DNA of 24,000 bases from an uncultured Thermoproteales archaeon (GCA_964550975.1 CAZKAY010000005.1:1-24000); one strand, 5' to 3'. Numbered from the stretch's first letter, positions 1-8,454 are shown. The notes: generated by a model from the letters alone, not told the origin. A program made the numbers and translations.

Positions 1-623
1 TTCTCTAATAATTTGAGTGAATTTGCCTCGGTAAATTCCATTTCATTTAGATTTAAAAATCTTATATGTATTTTATCTAAATATAGAATCCATTTCTTTA
101 TTCTTAGATAGGAATCTGGTAATACTGGGATTTCAATTCCTAATTCTATCTTCGTTATATTCCTTGCTATTTTACATAGTTTTGTTAAAAAAGTGTCTTC
201 AATAATATGTATCCTAAGCTCATCAAGACCTGCCTTTTCTAACATCCTTATTTTCTCCATATTTATTCCTAGGCCGCTTGTATAAAGATGTATATGATGT
301 TCTTCTCCAAAGGCGTCTTTAAGTATTTTTATTATATAGAGTGTTTTTTTAAATCTTAACAAAGGTTCGCCTCCCGTTATTCCTGTGCCCATCGCATCCA
401 TTCTTTCAGCTTCCTTTAAAATCCCCTTATAACTCTTTACTGATATGTCATTTACGTACATTCTATCCTTATTTCTTCTTTCTAAACTAATAGGACAATA
501 GAAACATTTATAGTTACATATACCTGTTACAAACAAAACTAGTTTTTTACCCTTTTGGCATAGAATACATCCACGGGGCAGGTTTCCATAAACTATACTT
601 CCGGTTTTTAATTTTTTAATCAC
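1..623 (-). CDS. Radical SAM domain protein (PflA-activase-like), C-terminal part cut off by the window edge
   Basis: My reverse-strand translation from GTG at 623 gives VIKKLKTGSIVYGNLPRGCILCQKGKKLVLFVTGICNYKCFYCPISLERRNKD...GITGGEPLL. It contains the CX3CX2C motif (CNYKCFYC) and a GGEPL motif. The start overlaps the stop of the upstream GNAT gene by 8 nt. It is absent from the ORF track because it runs off the window. Confidence 0.75.
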   Translation of the reverse strand, partial: MIKKLKTGSIVYGNLPRGCILCQKGKKLVLFVTGICNYKCFYCPISLERRNKDRMYVNDISVKSYKGILKEAERMDAMGTGITGGEPLLRFKKTLYIIKILKDAFGEEHHIHLYTSGLGINMEKIRMLEKAGLDELRIHIIEDTFLTKLCKIARNITKIELGIEIPVLPDSYLRIKKWILYLDKIHIRFLNLNEMEFTEANSLKLLE

Positions 624-1086
624 ATTCATCCTCTTCATCTATTTCTAATATTTCTGTGCAACAATCCTCTCCATCGGGATAGTATTTTTTAACTAAATAA
701 TTTTTTCTAAAACCTATTTTATCATAAAGATTTTGCGCAGCTATGTTAGAAGGTCTGACTTCGAGTCTAATCGTTTTACATTTTTTCTCTATAAATTTTT
801 CTAAAAGTTTTTTAATCAATTTTTTCCCAATACCTCTTCTTCTATATCTTTCATCTACAGCTATTGAGTATATATGTCCTACATTTTTGTACTGGATTAC
901 GCCCACAATGTATCCGACAATTTTTTGTAAAGGATATATTTCTGCTACTAAAAATAATTTTCTGGATAAAGTAAATAGAAAGTGTAGATATGAGTATGGA
1001 TAAGGGTACCTAAATGAGTTTCTCTCTATCTTATGCACAGTTTCTAAGTCTTCTTCCCTTATTTCTCTAATTTTTATCCATCTCAC
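616..1086 (-). CDS. rimI: GNAT-family N-acetyltransferase (RimI / archaeal Ard1-like protein N-terminal acetyltransferase)
   Basis: 156-aa ORF with the GNAT acetyl-CoA loop (IAVDERYRRRGIGKKLI) and downstream NLYDKIGF. It overlaps the upstream NMNAT gene by 4 nt. Confidence 0.85.
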   Translation of the reverse strand: MRWIKIREIREEDLETVHKIERNSFRYPYPYSYLHFLFTLSRKLFLVAEIYPLQKIVGYIVGVIQYKNVGHIYSIAVDERYRRRGIGKKLIKKLLEKFIEKKCKTIRLEVRPSNIAAQNLYDKIGFRKNYLVKKYYPDGEDCCTEILEIDEEDECD

Positions 1087-1607
1087 TTATTCTTTCCCTC
1101 AAGGTTATATATCATTCTTAATCGTTGAGGAGCATTTATTTCATCTAAATACTTAGCTACTTCTGGATGAAGATATTTTCTCCAAGCATCATTTTCTAAC
1201 ATTTTTTTTCTTATATTTGTTGCAGAAAAATTTTTTCTATTAAAGAAGGGTATATTAGATACACTAATATTTTCTCTTTTCAATAACATTATAGAGAGAG
1301 GGTCGTTGGTAAAGACTATATCAAATTTTGGCGAAAAGGTCTTAATATAGGCGACCCACGTAGTATGAATTTCATCTGTATCTGGAAGTCCTATAATGAT
1401 ACATCTATCATAAAGTTTTTCATATCTTAAAACACGCCATATCATTTCAATTCTTTCGCCCAGAGTAAATGGATTTCTAATGGTATAAGAGATCTGGGCG
1501 CTTCCAATTCCTATTATTATTTCATCGGCTCTTTTGAGCATCCATTTAAGAGCATAGAGATGTCCTAAATGAAATGGTTGAAATCTTCCAATAAATAGGC
1601 CTCTCAT
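1083..1607 (-). CDS. nadM: Nicotinamide-nucleotide adenylyltransferase (archaeal NadM type)
   Basis: 174-aa ORF. The N-terminal GRFQPFHLGH (HxGH nucleotidyltransferase motif) and the size are typical of archaeal NMNAT. Confidence 0.9.
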   Translation of the reverse strand: MRGLFIGRFQPFHLGHLYALKWMLKRADEIIIGIGSAQISYTIRNPFTLGERIEMIWRVLRYEKLYDRCIIIGLPDTDEIHTTWVAYIKTFSPKFDIVFTNDPLSIMLLKRENISVSNIPFFNRKNFSATNIRKKMLENDAWRKYLHPEVAKYLDEINAPQRLRMIYNLEGKNK

Positions 1608-1649
1608 TTTAATTTCACTTAGATAAAAAATTACTACTCAAAAATAATT

Positions 1650-2024
1650 CTACTGTTTTTCTCCTTTTCTTTTCTTTATATCGACTTTAATCTTCTCCCA
1701 ATCAATTCCCTTAGAGTATATCCATCTCAAATGTTCTCTCAAAGTTTTCGTAGCTTTTTCTCTACCCATTCTTGCAACATTCCACGTTACAAATGGCGGA
1801 TAAAAGCTAGCCTTTTCAAGTCTTATCTCACCGTTTTCATCTACCTTAAACTTTACAAATCCAAGTTCCCTTAAATAACACGTATCATTAGGACATAATA
1901 TATCTACTTCATTTTGTTCTTTCTTCAAGTAGAGCAACTTATATTCACTTGGATCCTTTATAACTCTACCACATGGACATTGAATATAATTTTGAGATTC
2001 AGACAAAATCAGTCCCCCATTCAC
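1650..2024 (-). CDS. Hypothetical protein with a putative zinc ribbon (CPCG...CPNDTC)
   Basis: 124-aa ORF with no competing ORF and two Cys pairs about 25 residues apart. I do not recognise a family. Confidence 0.55.
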   Translation of the reverse strand: MNGGLILSESQNYIQCPCGRVIKDPSEYKLLYLKKEQNEVDILCPNDTCYLRELGFVKFKVDENGEIRLEKASFYPPFVTWNVARMGREKATKTLREHLRWIYSKGIDWEKIKVDIKKRKGEKQ

Positions 2025-2098
2025 TACAATATAGTATTGAAAAACTTAAATACTTTATGTCTATGAATTTTTTATAAAAATTCTAAATAGATTAGTAA

Positions 2099-2172
2099 TG
2101 GGGCCGGAGGGACTTGAACCCCCGACCTGCTGGTCTGGAGCCAGCCGCCATACCTTGCTAGGCTACGGCCCC
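2099..2172 (-). tRNA. tRNA-Trp (anticodon CCA), no intron, no encoded CCA tail
   Basis: The reverse complement folds as a 74-nt cloverleaf: acceptor GGGGCCG/CGGCCCC plus A, anticodon arm GCTGG-CTCCAGA-CCAGC, T arm GGGGG-TTCAAGT-CCCTC. Confidence 0.9.
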
Positions 2173-2212
2173 TATTTACTACTATTTTTTGAATATAATA
2201 AATTTTACTATA

Positions 2213-2307
2213 CGCCGGGGGTGGGATTTGAACCCACAAGACCATAAAGGTCACCAGGTGTCTTATATACTCGAGCCTGGCCCCTTACCTGATTCGGGCA
2301 CCCCGGC
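2213..2307 (-). tRNA. tRNA-Ser (anticodon CGA), class II, with a ~10-nt insert after position 37
   Basis: 95 nt. Acceptor GCCGGGG/CCCCGGC plus G, anticodon stem CCAGG/CCTGG enclosing CTCGAG-TATATAAGAC-A, long variable arm GACC-TTTAT-GGTC, T arm GTGGG-TTCAAAT-CCCAC. Confidence 0.85.
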
Positions 2308-2311
2308 TTAA

Positions 2312-2385
2312 CGGGCCCGGTGGGATTTGAACCCACGACCTACGGCTTAGGAGGCCGCTGCGCTATCCTTCTGCGCTACGGGCCC
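2312..2385 (-). tRNA. tRNA-Arg (anticodon CCT), no intron
   Basis: 74-nt cloverleaf: GGGCCCG TA GCGC-AGAAGGATA-GCGC A GCGGC-CTCCTAA-GCCGT AGGTC GTGGG-TTCAAAT-CCCAC CGGGCCC G. It lies only 4 nt upstream of tRNA-Ser(CGA). Confidence 0.9.
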
Positions 2386-2407
2386 AATAAGAATATATCA
2401 TGACTTT

Positions 2408-2416
2408 AATTTAAAA
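2408..2416 (-). promoter_or_regulatory. TATA-like box (TTTTAAATT on the minus strand) for the tRNA-Arg/Ser array
   Basis: Centred about 27 nt upstream of G1 of tRNA-Arg (2385). Archaeal TATA boxes normally sit about 26-27 nt upstream of the transcription start. Confidence 0.45.
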
Positions 2417-2501
2417 TTTTTGCATCAATTTTCTTTTTTACAATAGTAATATTTATGGAAAAGAATATATAAGGTTCATTAATATAGGTTAGATGATTTA
2501 G

Positions 2502-2858
2502 GTGATAAAAGTGGGTTTTGATCTAGAAAAGCTGCGAAGCAAAAAGAGTGAAACTGAGAAATTGATAAAAGAGCTTGAAGAAAAATTGAGTGATAGAAAA
2601 GAGGTATTCGAAAAAATTCTAAGAAAGGAGGATAAACTTTACGAAAGTATGAGAGCTACTAGAGATGCTTTAGAATTAAGTCGTATAGAAATTCTTCTTC
2701 AGAAAATTTCTGAAAAGAAAAGAAAGGTTAAAGGAGAAATTGAGGAACTAGAGAGAAAATTAAGAGGCGCTAGAAGAGAGTTAGAGGAAATAAATAGAAG
2801 AATAGAGATAATTAAACCTAAAAAGGTTAGATGGATAACAGAATATGATACGAAATAG
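2502..2858 (+). CDS. Hypothetical coiled-coil protein
   Basis: 118-aa ORF rich in E/K/R/L heptad-like sequence (EKLIKELEEKL...EIEELERKLRGARRELEEINRRIE). A GGTGAT Shine-Dalgarno-like motif at 2501-2506 favours the second GTG at 2511 as the true start. Confidence 0.55.
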   Translation: MIKVGFDLEKLRSKKSETEKLIKELEEKLSDRKEVFEKILRKEDKLYESMRATRDALELSRIEILLQKISEKKRKVKGEIEELERKLRGARRELEEINRRIEIIKPKKVRWITEYDTK

Positions 2859-2892
2859 CATTAGTTATAAAATTAAATTGCACTGAGAATTT

Positions 2893-3123
2893 TTATCTTG
2901 AATTTAGATATCTTTGGGGGAGTTTGTATAGTATATATAACCAGAGTCCATAGAAAAATAATCCTATGATTGTTCTTAAAGTACTATTATGAATATATTG
3001 CATTATAATTTTTTCAATGAAGATCATTATAAGTAAGAGTAGAAACCAGAGCATGAATATGTGAAATGATATAGTTATAGCAGCTTTTATCCATGATATT
3101 TTTTTCTGCATATAATTTCCCAA
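2893..3123 (-). CDS. Small membrane protein (2 predicted TM helices), hypothetical
   Basis: 76-aa hydrophobic ORF starting 1 nt after the stop of the GT4 gene on the same strand. Confidence 0.4.
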   Translation of the reverse strand: MGNYMQKKISWIKAAITISFHIFMLWFLLLLIMIFIEKIIMQYIHNSTLRTIIGLFFYGLWLYILYKLPQRYLNSR

Positions 3124-3124
3124 A

Positions 3125-4138
3125 TTATATTTTTACTTTTATTAAAAAAGCTGTAATTATTGCTAAAATTGATGTACAAATTTCTATGAAGAAAATGGTC
3201 TTTATAATATATTTTTCCTCTAGAGGACCAGTAATACTAAGTATTATCCGCGTTAAAGTTATTGGAGCATCTTTTTCCTTTGACGCTTTTATTAAACCGT
3301 TTTCCATTACCTCTACTGGTCTATATCTTATAGTTCTTCTTTCCTTAAATCCCTTTACAGAGGAAATTACGTAAAATGCATTTATAATATGAGGTATTAA
3401 TGCTATCATTACTACTATCTCAAGTCTACATATTATTGCAATGGCCCCAAACGCTCCACCCACGGAGAGGCTTCCCACGTCTCCTGAAAACACTTTTGCT
3501 GGATATTTGTTATAATAATAGTAGGAGAGAAGACTACCTAGCATAATTATCGAAAAAATAATACTTCTAGTCTTGTTTAATATAATAGATGATAAAAGTA
3601 TAGCTATAGCTATAAAGCTACATGTACCCGGCATAACCCCATTAAAAACTTCTAGCATATTAACCGCATTAGCTGAACCACCTACTATTAAGGGTAACAA
3701 AGCCCAGTAAACTAGGGTTAATCTAAGTTTCCCAAGAAATGGAACCTCTGGTCTACCTAATACAATTTTATCTGGAAATAAATATGAAGAGGCAATTAAG
3801 GGTATTGTTGATAATATAGTTGTGGTCATTTTTACAATTCCCTTTAATACCTTAAAGTCGTCGATTAATCCTATTATGCCATTTATTAAAACGACTAATA
3901 AAAAAAGGAGTGTTTCTACATAATATTGATGGAAAAGGATAAGGGATGATAGAGATCCAGAAAGTATTCCTATAAGTATTGCTATTCCTCCAAGACTTGG
4001 GACAATAGGTTTAGATGGTTTATGTATATCTACTCCGGTTTTATTTATCTTTAATGCAAGTTTGATTACCAGGGGTGTTGTTATAAAGGTTGTAAAAAAG
4101 GAAATGATGAATATATATAGATAGTAAAGGATCATCAT
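3125..4138 (-). CDS. Glycosyltransferase family 4, polyprenyl/dolichyl-phosphate HexNAc-1-phosphate transferase (AglH/MraY/WecA-like)
   Basis: 337-aa polytopic membrane ORF with the motifs [10 protein letters not shown] and [11 protein letters not shown] characteristic of the MraY/WecA/AglH family. It overlaps the DHS gene by 4 nt (ATGA). Confidence 0.85.
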   Translation of the reverse strand: MMILYYLYIFIISFFTTFITTPLVIKLALKINKTGVDIHKPSKPIVPSLGGIAILIGILSGSLSSLILFHQYYVETLLFLLVVLINGIIGLIDDFKVLKGIVKMTTTILSTIPLIASSYLFPDKIVLGRPEVPFLGKLRLTLVYWALLPLIVGGSANAVNMLEVFNGVMPGTCSFIAIAILLSSIILNKTRSIIFSIIMLGSLLSYYYYNKYPAKVFSGDVGSLSVGGAFGAIAIICRLEIVVMIALIPHIINAFYVISSVKGFKERRTIRYRPVEVMENGLIKASKEKDAPITLTRIILSITGPLEEKYIIKTIFFIEICTSILAIITAFLIKVKI

Positions 4139-5154
4139 AGAGAATTCGCCATTATGGCAGTGCTATTTTTTCTAATATACCCTTCTTCTTGAAATCTTTT
4201 TAATACATAGCATACCATTAGAGGAAAAAGTAGAGTAGCATCCCCATGAATCGTGGCACGTTGACCTCGGATTTTCATTTTTCTCCATGTTATTGCTTCT
4301 CTTGTAGTAGCTCCGCTGAGGCTACCATCCCATTCAACCGAAGTAGTTACGTATATTGAATAGTCTAATCCATTCTTAAACTGAGACCACCATATAGTAT
4401 GATGCTTACTAATTCCTCCACCTAATATTATTGCCCCAAGTCTTTTGGAAGAATATATTATTTTTGATATTTTTCTCATATCAGCTAATGGATCTAATAC
4501 TAACTGTTTTTCGTTTTTTCTTAAACGTAGTGTCTCATTGAAAAAGAAAATAGATGTGCCGAACGCTGAATCTACGATTCCTGGAGAAAATATAGGTATT
4601 CCTTTGAGAGAGCATATTCTTAAAAAGGAGTCAGGATCCTTTATGGCTTTTCCTACCTCATATAAAATTTCACTTGGACTCCATATATTTTTTATTTTAA
4701 TGAGTTTTTCTAATAATCTATAAGTGAAGGTTTCGATTTTTTCTCCGTAATTTTCTATAGGAATAAAAATATTACCCAACCTATGAATTCTCATTTTCCT
4801 AAGCAATTTATCATCTACATAGAACGTTCCTTCAAAGTATTTTCCTCCTGTACTCTTAGCTATATCATGATCTATGCTTCCACCAGTAGTTATTATAACA
4901 TCAACTAGCCCATACTTTATATATTTAGTAATTAGTTTTCTAAGTCCTGTAGCAATCATATTTGCAGTAAAGGATAAGAAAACAGTGCATTCTTCGTCTC
5001 TCAGCATATTTATAATTATATTTAGAGAATCATAGAAATCCTTTGCAGTAAATCCACCCATATTTTTAAACTCAGATAAAATATCTATAAAATTCATAGA
5101 GTCATTATAATTGAAGCCTTTAATATATTTAGTTAAAAAATCTTTTCTTCTCAT
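4135..5154 (-). CDS. dys: Deoxyhypusine synthase
   Basis: Motifs [32 protein letters not shown] and WDGSLSGA match deoxyhypusine synthase. The track ORF extends to 5223, but that would overlap the upstream methyltransferase by 47 nt. The ATG at 5154 ([10 protein letters not shown]...) gives a normal length. Confidence 0.9.
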   Translation of the reverse strand: MRRKDFLTKYIKGFNYNDSMNFIDILSEFKNMGGFTAKDFYDSLNIIINMLRDEECTVFLSFTANMIATGLRKLITKYIKYGLVDVIITTGGSIDHDIAKSTGGKYFEGTFYVDDKLLRKMRIHRLGNIFIPIENYGEKIETFTYRLLEKLIKIKNIWSPSEILYEVGKAIKDPDSFLRICSLKGIPIFSPGIVDSAFGTSIFFFNETLRLRKNEKQLVLDPLADMRKISKIIYSSKRLGAIILGGGISKHHTIWWSQFKNGLDYSIYVTTSVEWDGSLSGATTREAITWRKMKIRGQRATIHGDATLLFPLMVCYVLKRFQEEGYIRKNSTAIMANSL

Positions 5155-5176
5155 TTCTTTCACTAAATTAATGAGC

Positions 5177-5647
5177 TTATCTTCTAAGAGTATACAGGTA
5201 AATATTATGTGTTCGCCAACCATTTCTCATATTTACCTTTTTAAGTGGAGTCCATCCAGTAATTTCAAAGTCATGGGAAACTATTCTAACGCCATTTTTT
5301 GTCTCTCTCTTTAATTTCGGTTTTAATTTTTCATTCACACTTGTTAATAAATATAGAGTAATTACATCGGCGCTACTTATATCTACATTAAAGAAGTCTC
5401 CATGTATAACGTATGCTTTACCTTCAAGTCCATTTTTCTTAATGTTTTTAATACATGCTTCAACCAGGTCTTTTCTTATCTCAACACCTATAGCCTTTGC
5501 ACCAAATTCCTTTGCAGCGATCATTAAAATTCTTCCATCACCACATCCCAGATCATATAAAATTTCTCCAGGTTTCAATTCCGCCAGTTTAAGCATTTCA
5601 TGAATAACTATCTCTGGAGTAGGGACAAATGGTACTAGTGAGACCAT
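5177..5647 (-). CDS. Class I SAM-dependent methyltransferase, resembles the crenarchaeal protein lysine methyltransferase aKMT
   Basis: SAM motif [11 protein letters not shown]. The N-terminus VPFVPTPE and C-terminal [10 protein letters not shown]...YLY resemble the Sulfolobus aKMT sequence as I remember it. The track ORF starts at TTG 5665. The ATG at 5647 ([12 protein letters not shown]) fits the family N-terminus better. Confidence 0.7.
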   Translation of the reverse strand: MVSLVPFVPTPEIVIHEMLKLAELKPGEILYDLGCGDGRILMIAAKEFGAKAIGVEIRKDLVEACIKNIKKNGLEGKAYVIHGDFFNVDISSADVITLYLLTSVNEKLKPKLKRETKNGVRIVSHDFEITGWTPLKKVNMRNGWRTHNIYLYTLRR

Positions 5648-5746
5648 ACTCCCACACTTACACAATTAATAAAAATCAAATATATATTATTATCGAAATT
5701 ATCATTAATTAGCGATATAGAATATTGATAATTGTGAGAGGTTTCC

Positions 5747-6592
5747 ATGAAGGTTGGAATTACCGGTAATCTTAAAGTTTATCAGATTATTGAAAGCATA
5801 ATTAGAATTCTAGATGAGATGAGTATAGAGTATGTGATTGACAGTGATTTCAAATATTTTTTAAAAAGGGGGGTCCTTCCATTTGAAAATCTTTTTAAAA
5901 TGAATGATATAGATATCCTTTTAATAGTTGGAGGCGATGGCACAGTACTAAGAAAAGTTAAAAAAATGCCTAAAAAGAATCCACCTATATTAGGTATAAA
6001 TACGGGGACTGTGGGTTTTTTGCTTGAAATAAAACCAGAACAAATAAGAGATGCTCTTACAAGGATTATAAAGAAAAAGTATTATATAGATGAGAGAAGC
6101 AAGTTGTCAGTAAGACTTCCTTCTCGAAAAAATTTTGAAGTATTAAATGAATTTTTAATAACTTCTTATCGCATAGGAAAGGCTATAAGACTATCTGTCA
6201 ACGATCAAGATGGTCAAGAGATTTTTAAGGGACGTGTAGATGGATTAATAGTATCTTCAACCACAGGATCTACGGGTCATGCTTTATCTGCAGGAGGACC
6301 TATAATTGATCCAAAATTAGACGTAATATTAATACTTACAATAGCTTCTATGACGCTTTTCTCTCGTCCCATAATTTTACCTATTAATTCAATTATATCA
6401 ATAAAAATACTAAGTCCTAAATGTGTAATTATAGGAGATGGATGGTTAATAGATATTCTAAATAAGGGAGATATAATCAAAGTATTTAGATCGCCTACAA
6501 AAGTTAAGTTCATAAGGTTTTCAAAAAATTTTTATGAGAAAATAATAAGGAGATCCGGAGGAGGCAACTATATTCTTCAGGAAATTGGGTAA
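5747..6592 (+). CDS. nadK: NAD kinase
   Basis: 281-aa ORF with the motifs VGGDGTVLR (GGDGT) and SSTTGSTGHALSAGGPI typical of ATP-NAD kinases. Confidence 0.9.
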   Translation: MKVGITGNLKVYQIIESIIRILDEMSIEYVIDSDFKYFLKRGVLPFENLFKMNDIDILLIVGGDGTVLRKVKKMPKKNPPILGINTGTVGFLLEIKPEQIRDALTRIIKKKYYIDERSKLSVRLPSRKNFEVLNEFLITSYRIGKAIRLSVNDQDGQEIFKGRVDGLIVSSTTGSTGHALSAGGPIIDPKLDVILILTIASMTLFSRPIILPINSIISIKILSPKCVIIGDGWLIDILNKGDIIKVFRSPTKVKFIRFSKNFYEKIIRRSGGGNYILQEIG

Positions 6593-7011
6593 CGAAATAT
6601 TTTTGTAAGTATAGGGTATAACCAAAGGCTAAGTATAATATACCACCAAATAAAACCTACATAATTACCTGTAAGTGGAAAGAAAATTTTTATATTTATA
6701 AAATAGGGAGATATGTAGAATATTAGAAACCATACACCAGCAGACACTATGTTACTTTTCATTTTTTCTTTTTCAATCCATTCTTCCATTTTTCTTATAC
6801 TTTCCCTTTTCCGAATAATTTTCCTATATTTTTTAATATTTTTTTCTTCAAGCACTTTTTTCCTACTTTCCTCCCATTTTTGTATCTCCTCTCGATAAAG
6901 CTTCATTCTTTTCTCATCAACTATCAATTTCCTTATAATCATTATAATAATCATAAATATAGATGCTAAAAATAGTGAATAAAAAAACGTTATGAAAAAG
7001 TCTGTATTCAT
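6577..7011 (-). CDS. DUF106-like membrane protein (archaeal YidC/Oxa1/EMC3-like insertase candidate)
   Basis: 144-aa ORF with TM1, then a charged coiled-coil (RKLIVDEKRMKLYREEIQKW...), then two TM helices. This architecture, and the VD.EKMK motif as I recall it from Mj0480-type DUF106 proteins, fit the family. It is shorter than typical members. Confidence 0.55.
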   Translation of the reverse strand: MNTDFFITFFYSLFLASIFMIIIMIIRKLIVDEKRMKLYREEIQKWEESRKKVLEEKNIKKYRKIIRKRESIRKMEEWIEKEKMKSNIVSAGVWFLIFYISPYFINIKIFFPLTGNYVGFIWWYIILSLWLYPILTKIFRYPIS

Positions 7012-7025
7012 CTAATCACCGTATA

Positions 7026-7113
7026 TGGGCCCGGTGGGACTTGAACCCACGATTCGGGCTTCAACAGTCCCCCGCCACGTCAGGGCGATGTCATGCCGCT
7101 AGACTACGGGCAG
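7026..7113 (-). tRNA. tRNA-Val (anticodon GAC) with ~16 extra nt between anticodon stem and T stem and an unpaired 5' CU
   Basis: The reverse complement reads CTGCCCG TA GTCT-AGCGGCA-TGAC A TCGCC-CTGACGT-GGCGG GGGACTGTTGAAGCCCGAATC GTGGG-TTCAAGT-CCCAC CGGGCCC A. There is no anticodon-loop intron. The 21-nt variable region is too long for a class I tRNA. Confidence 0.8.
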
Positions 7114-7218
7114 TAATTAATAAGCAACATGTAATATATGAATTTTATGCTACCAATTGAGGAAAACTTAATAAATGACTAATTCATTTGTCTCCTAAGA
7201 ATTAGTGCTGAGGGATGT

Positions 7219-7641
7219 TTGTTGAGTCTGATATATAATTATGAGAAACTGCTTGATAGAGCTATAGAGCAGTTACCTAAAAAAAGATTGAAAAAAACTG
7301 AGCGATTTGTTGTTCCTGAACCCGAGGTAATTATTAGTGGAAAAAGAACTATAATACAAAACTTTAAGCAGATTTGCGATGTCTTAAATAGAGAGCCTAG
7401 AATAGTTTTAAGATATTTATTAAAAGAGCTAGCTATACCTGGTGCTTTAGAGGGAACAGCTGCAGTACTTTTAGGTGAAAAATCTAGGCGCGTGGTTCAA
7501 GCAGTTTTAAATCGATTTATAAAAGACTACGTATATTGTCCGATATGTGGTCAACCTGATACAAATTTAATAAAGGAGAAAAAGATGATGTTTATAATAT
7601 GTATGGCTTGTGGAGCCAAATCAGCTGTAAAGTCCTTTTAA
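7219..7641 (+). CDS. eif2b: Translation initiation factor aIF2 beta subunit
   Basis: 140-aa ORF with a TTG start. YEKLLDRAIEQLPKK, LRYLLKELAIPG and the C-terminal zinc ribbon CPICGQPD...CMACGA match aIF2-beta. Confidence 0.9.
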   Translation: MLSLIYNYEKLLDRAIEQLPKKRLKKTERFVVPEPEVIISGKRTIIQNFKQICDVLNREPRIVLRYLLKELAIPGALEGTAAVLLGEKSRRVVQAVLNRFIKDYVYCPICGQPDTNLIKEKKMMFIICMACGAKSAVKSF

Positions 7642-7688
7642 ATATATAAGGAAGATTTAAATAAATCTAAAATATGTAGTGATGATGT

Positions 7689-8024
7689 ATGGCTAGAAAT
7701 ATTGGAATACCCGGAATTCAACCTCCTAAGGAGTCTTGTAATGACCCACTATGTCCATTTCATGGAAAACTATCAGTCAGGGGAATAATGCTAGAAGGTA
7801 AAGTAATCAGGAAAAAAATGTCTAAAACTATTGTAGTTAGCCATGAATATCTACATTACGTGCGAAAATATAGAAGATACGAGAAAAGAAGGAAGAAAAT
7901 ACATGCTCATTTACCGCCTTGTATTAAAGTTAAAGAAGGAGATAATGTAATTATAGGTGAGTGCAGACCTATATCTAAATCTGTATCTTTTGTAGTTCTA
8001 GGAAAAGGTGGTAGAAATGGCTAA
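7689..8024 (+). CDS. rps17: 30S ribosomal protein uS17 (S17P)
   Basis: 111-aa [19 protein letters not shown]...HAH...[17 protein letters not shown] is typical of archaeal S17. A GTGAT SD-like motif lies upstream. Confidence 0.9.
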   Translation: MARNIGIPGIQPPKESCNDPLCPFHGKLSVRGIMLEGKVIRKKMSKTIVVSHEYLHYVRKYRRYEKRRKKIHAHLPPCIKVKEGDNVIIGECRPISKSVSFVVLGKGGRNG

Positions 8025-8442
8025 ACGTGGAATAAAAATGGGGGGTAGAGTTTTTCATTTACATATTACTCCTGGAATAAATGTGGAAAGCATAGTTAAA
8101 GTAACTGATAATTCTGGAGCACAAACTGCTAGAGTTATAGGAGTTTTAGGAAAAAAGACGGTGAGAAGGAGGATTCCAAGTGCCGGAATAGGAGACATTG
8201 TTGTAGTATCTATTCAAACTGGTAAATTAGAGTTAAGAAGACAAATTATGCATGCAGTAGTAGTTAGACAAAGAAAACCATATAGAAGGCTCGATGGTAC
8301 ATGGATATGCTTTGAAGATAATGCTGTTGTTTTATTAACAGCAGAAGGCGAGCCTAAAGGAACAGAAATTAAAGGTCCCATAGCTAAGGAGGCAGCCGAA
8401 AGATGGCCCAAGTTATCTAATATAGCTTCTATAATTGTTTAA
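8017..8442 (+). CDS. rpl14: 50S ribosomal protein uL14 (L14P)
   Basis: [17 protein letters not shown]...GDIVVVS...[12 protein letters not shown] matches L14. The ATG at 8017 (MAKRGIK...) is preferred over the GTG at 8008. It overlaps the S17 stop by 8 nt. Confidence 0.9.
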   Translation: MAKRGIKMGGRVFHLHITPGINVESIVKVTDNSGAQTARVIGVLGKKTVRRRIPSAGIGDIVVVSIQTGKLELRRQIMHAVVVRQRKPYRRLDGTWICFEDNAVVLLTAEGEPKGTEIKGPIAKEAAERWPKLSNIASIIV

Positions 8443-8454
8443 AATGAAGTTACC

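Noticed and set aside
2072-2254. 60-aa minus-strand ORF in the track
   Set aside because: It is a translation across tRNA-Trp and tRNA-Ser(CGA) and is not a gene.
2842-2887. ATGATA ... CTGA pair that could be a small C/D box RNA at the 3' end of the coiled-coil gene
   Set aside because: The C box is imperfect, there are no internal D'/C' boxes, and the spacing is too short. It is most likely chance in AT-rich sequence.
7678-7684. GTGATGA, a perfect C-box-like motif that could mark a C/D box sRNA
   Set aside because: There is no CUGA D or D' box at the required spacing on that strand. The motif sits just upstream of the S17 ATG and matches the GGTGAT-type Shine-Dalgarno-like motifs seen before other genes here.
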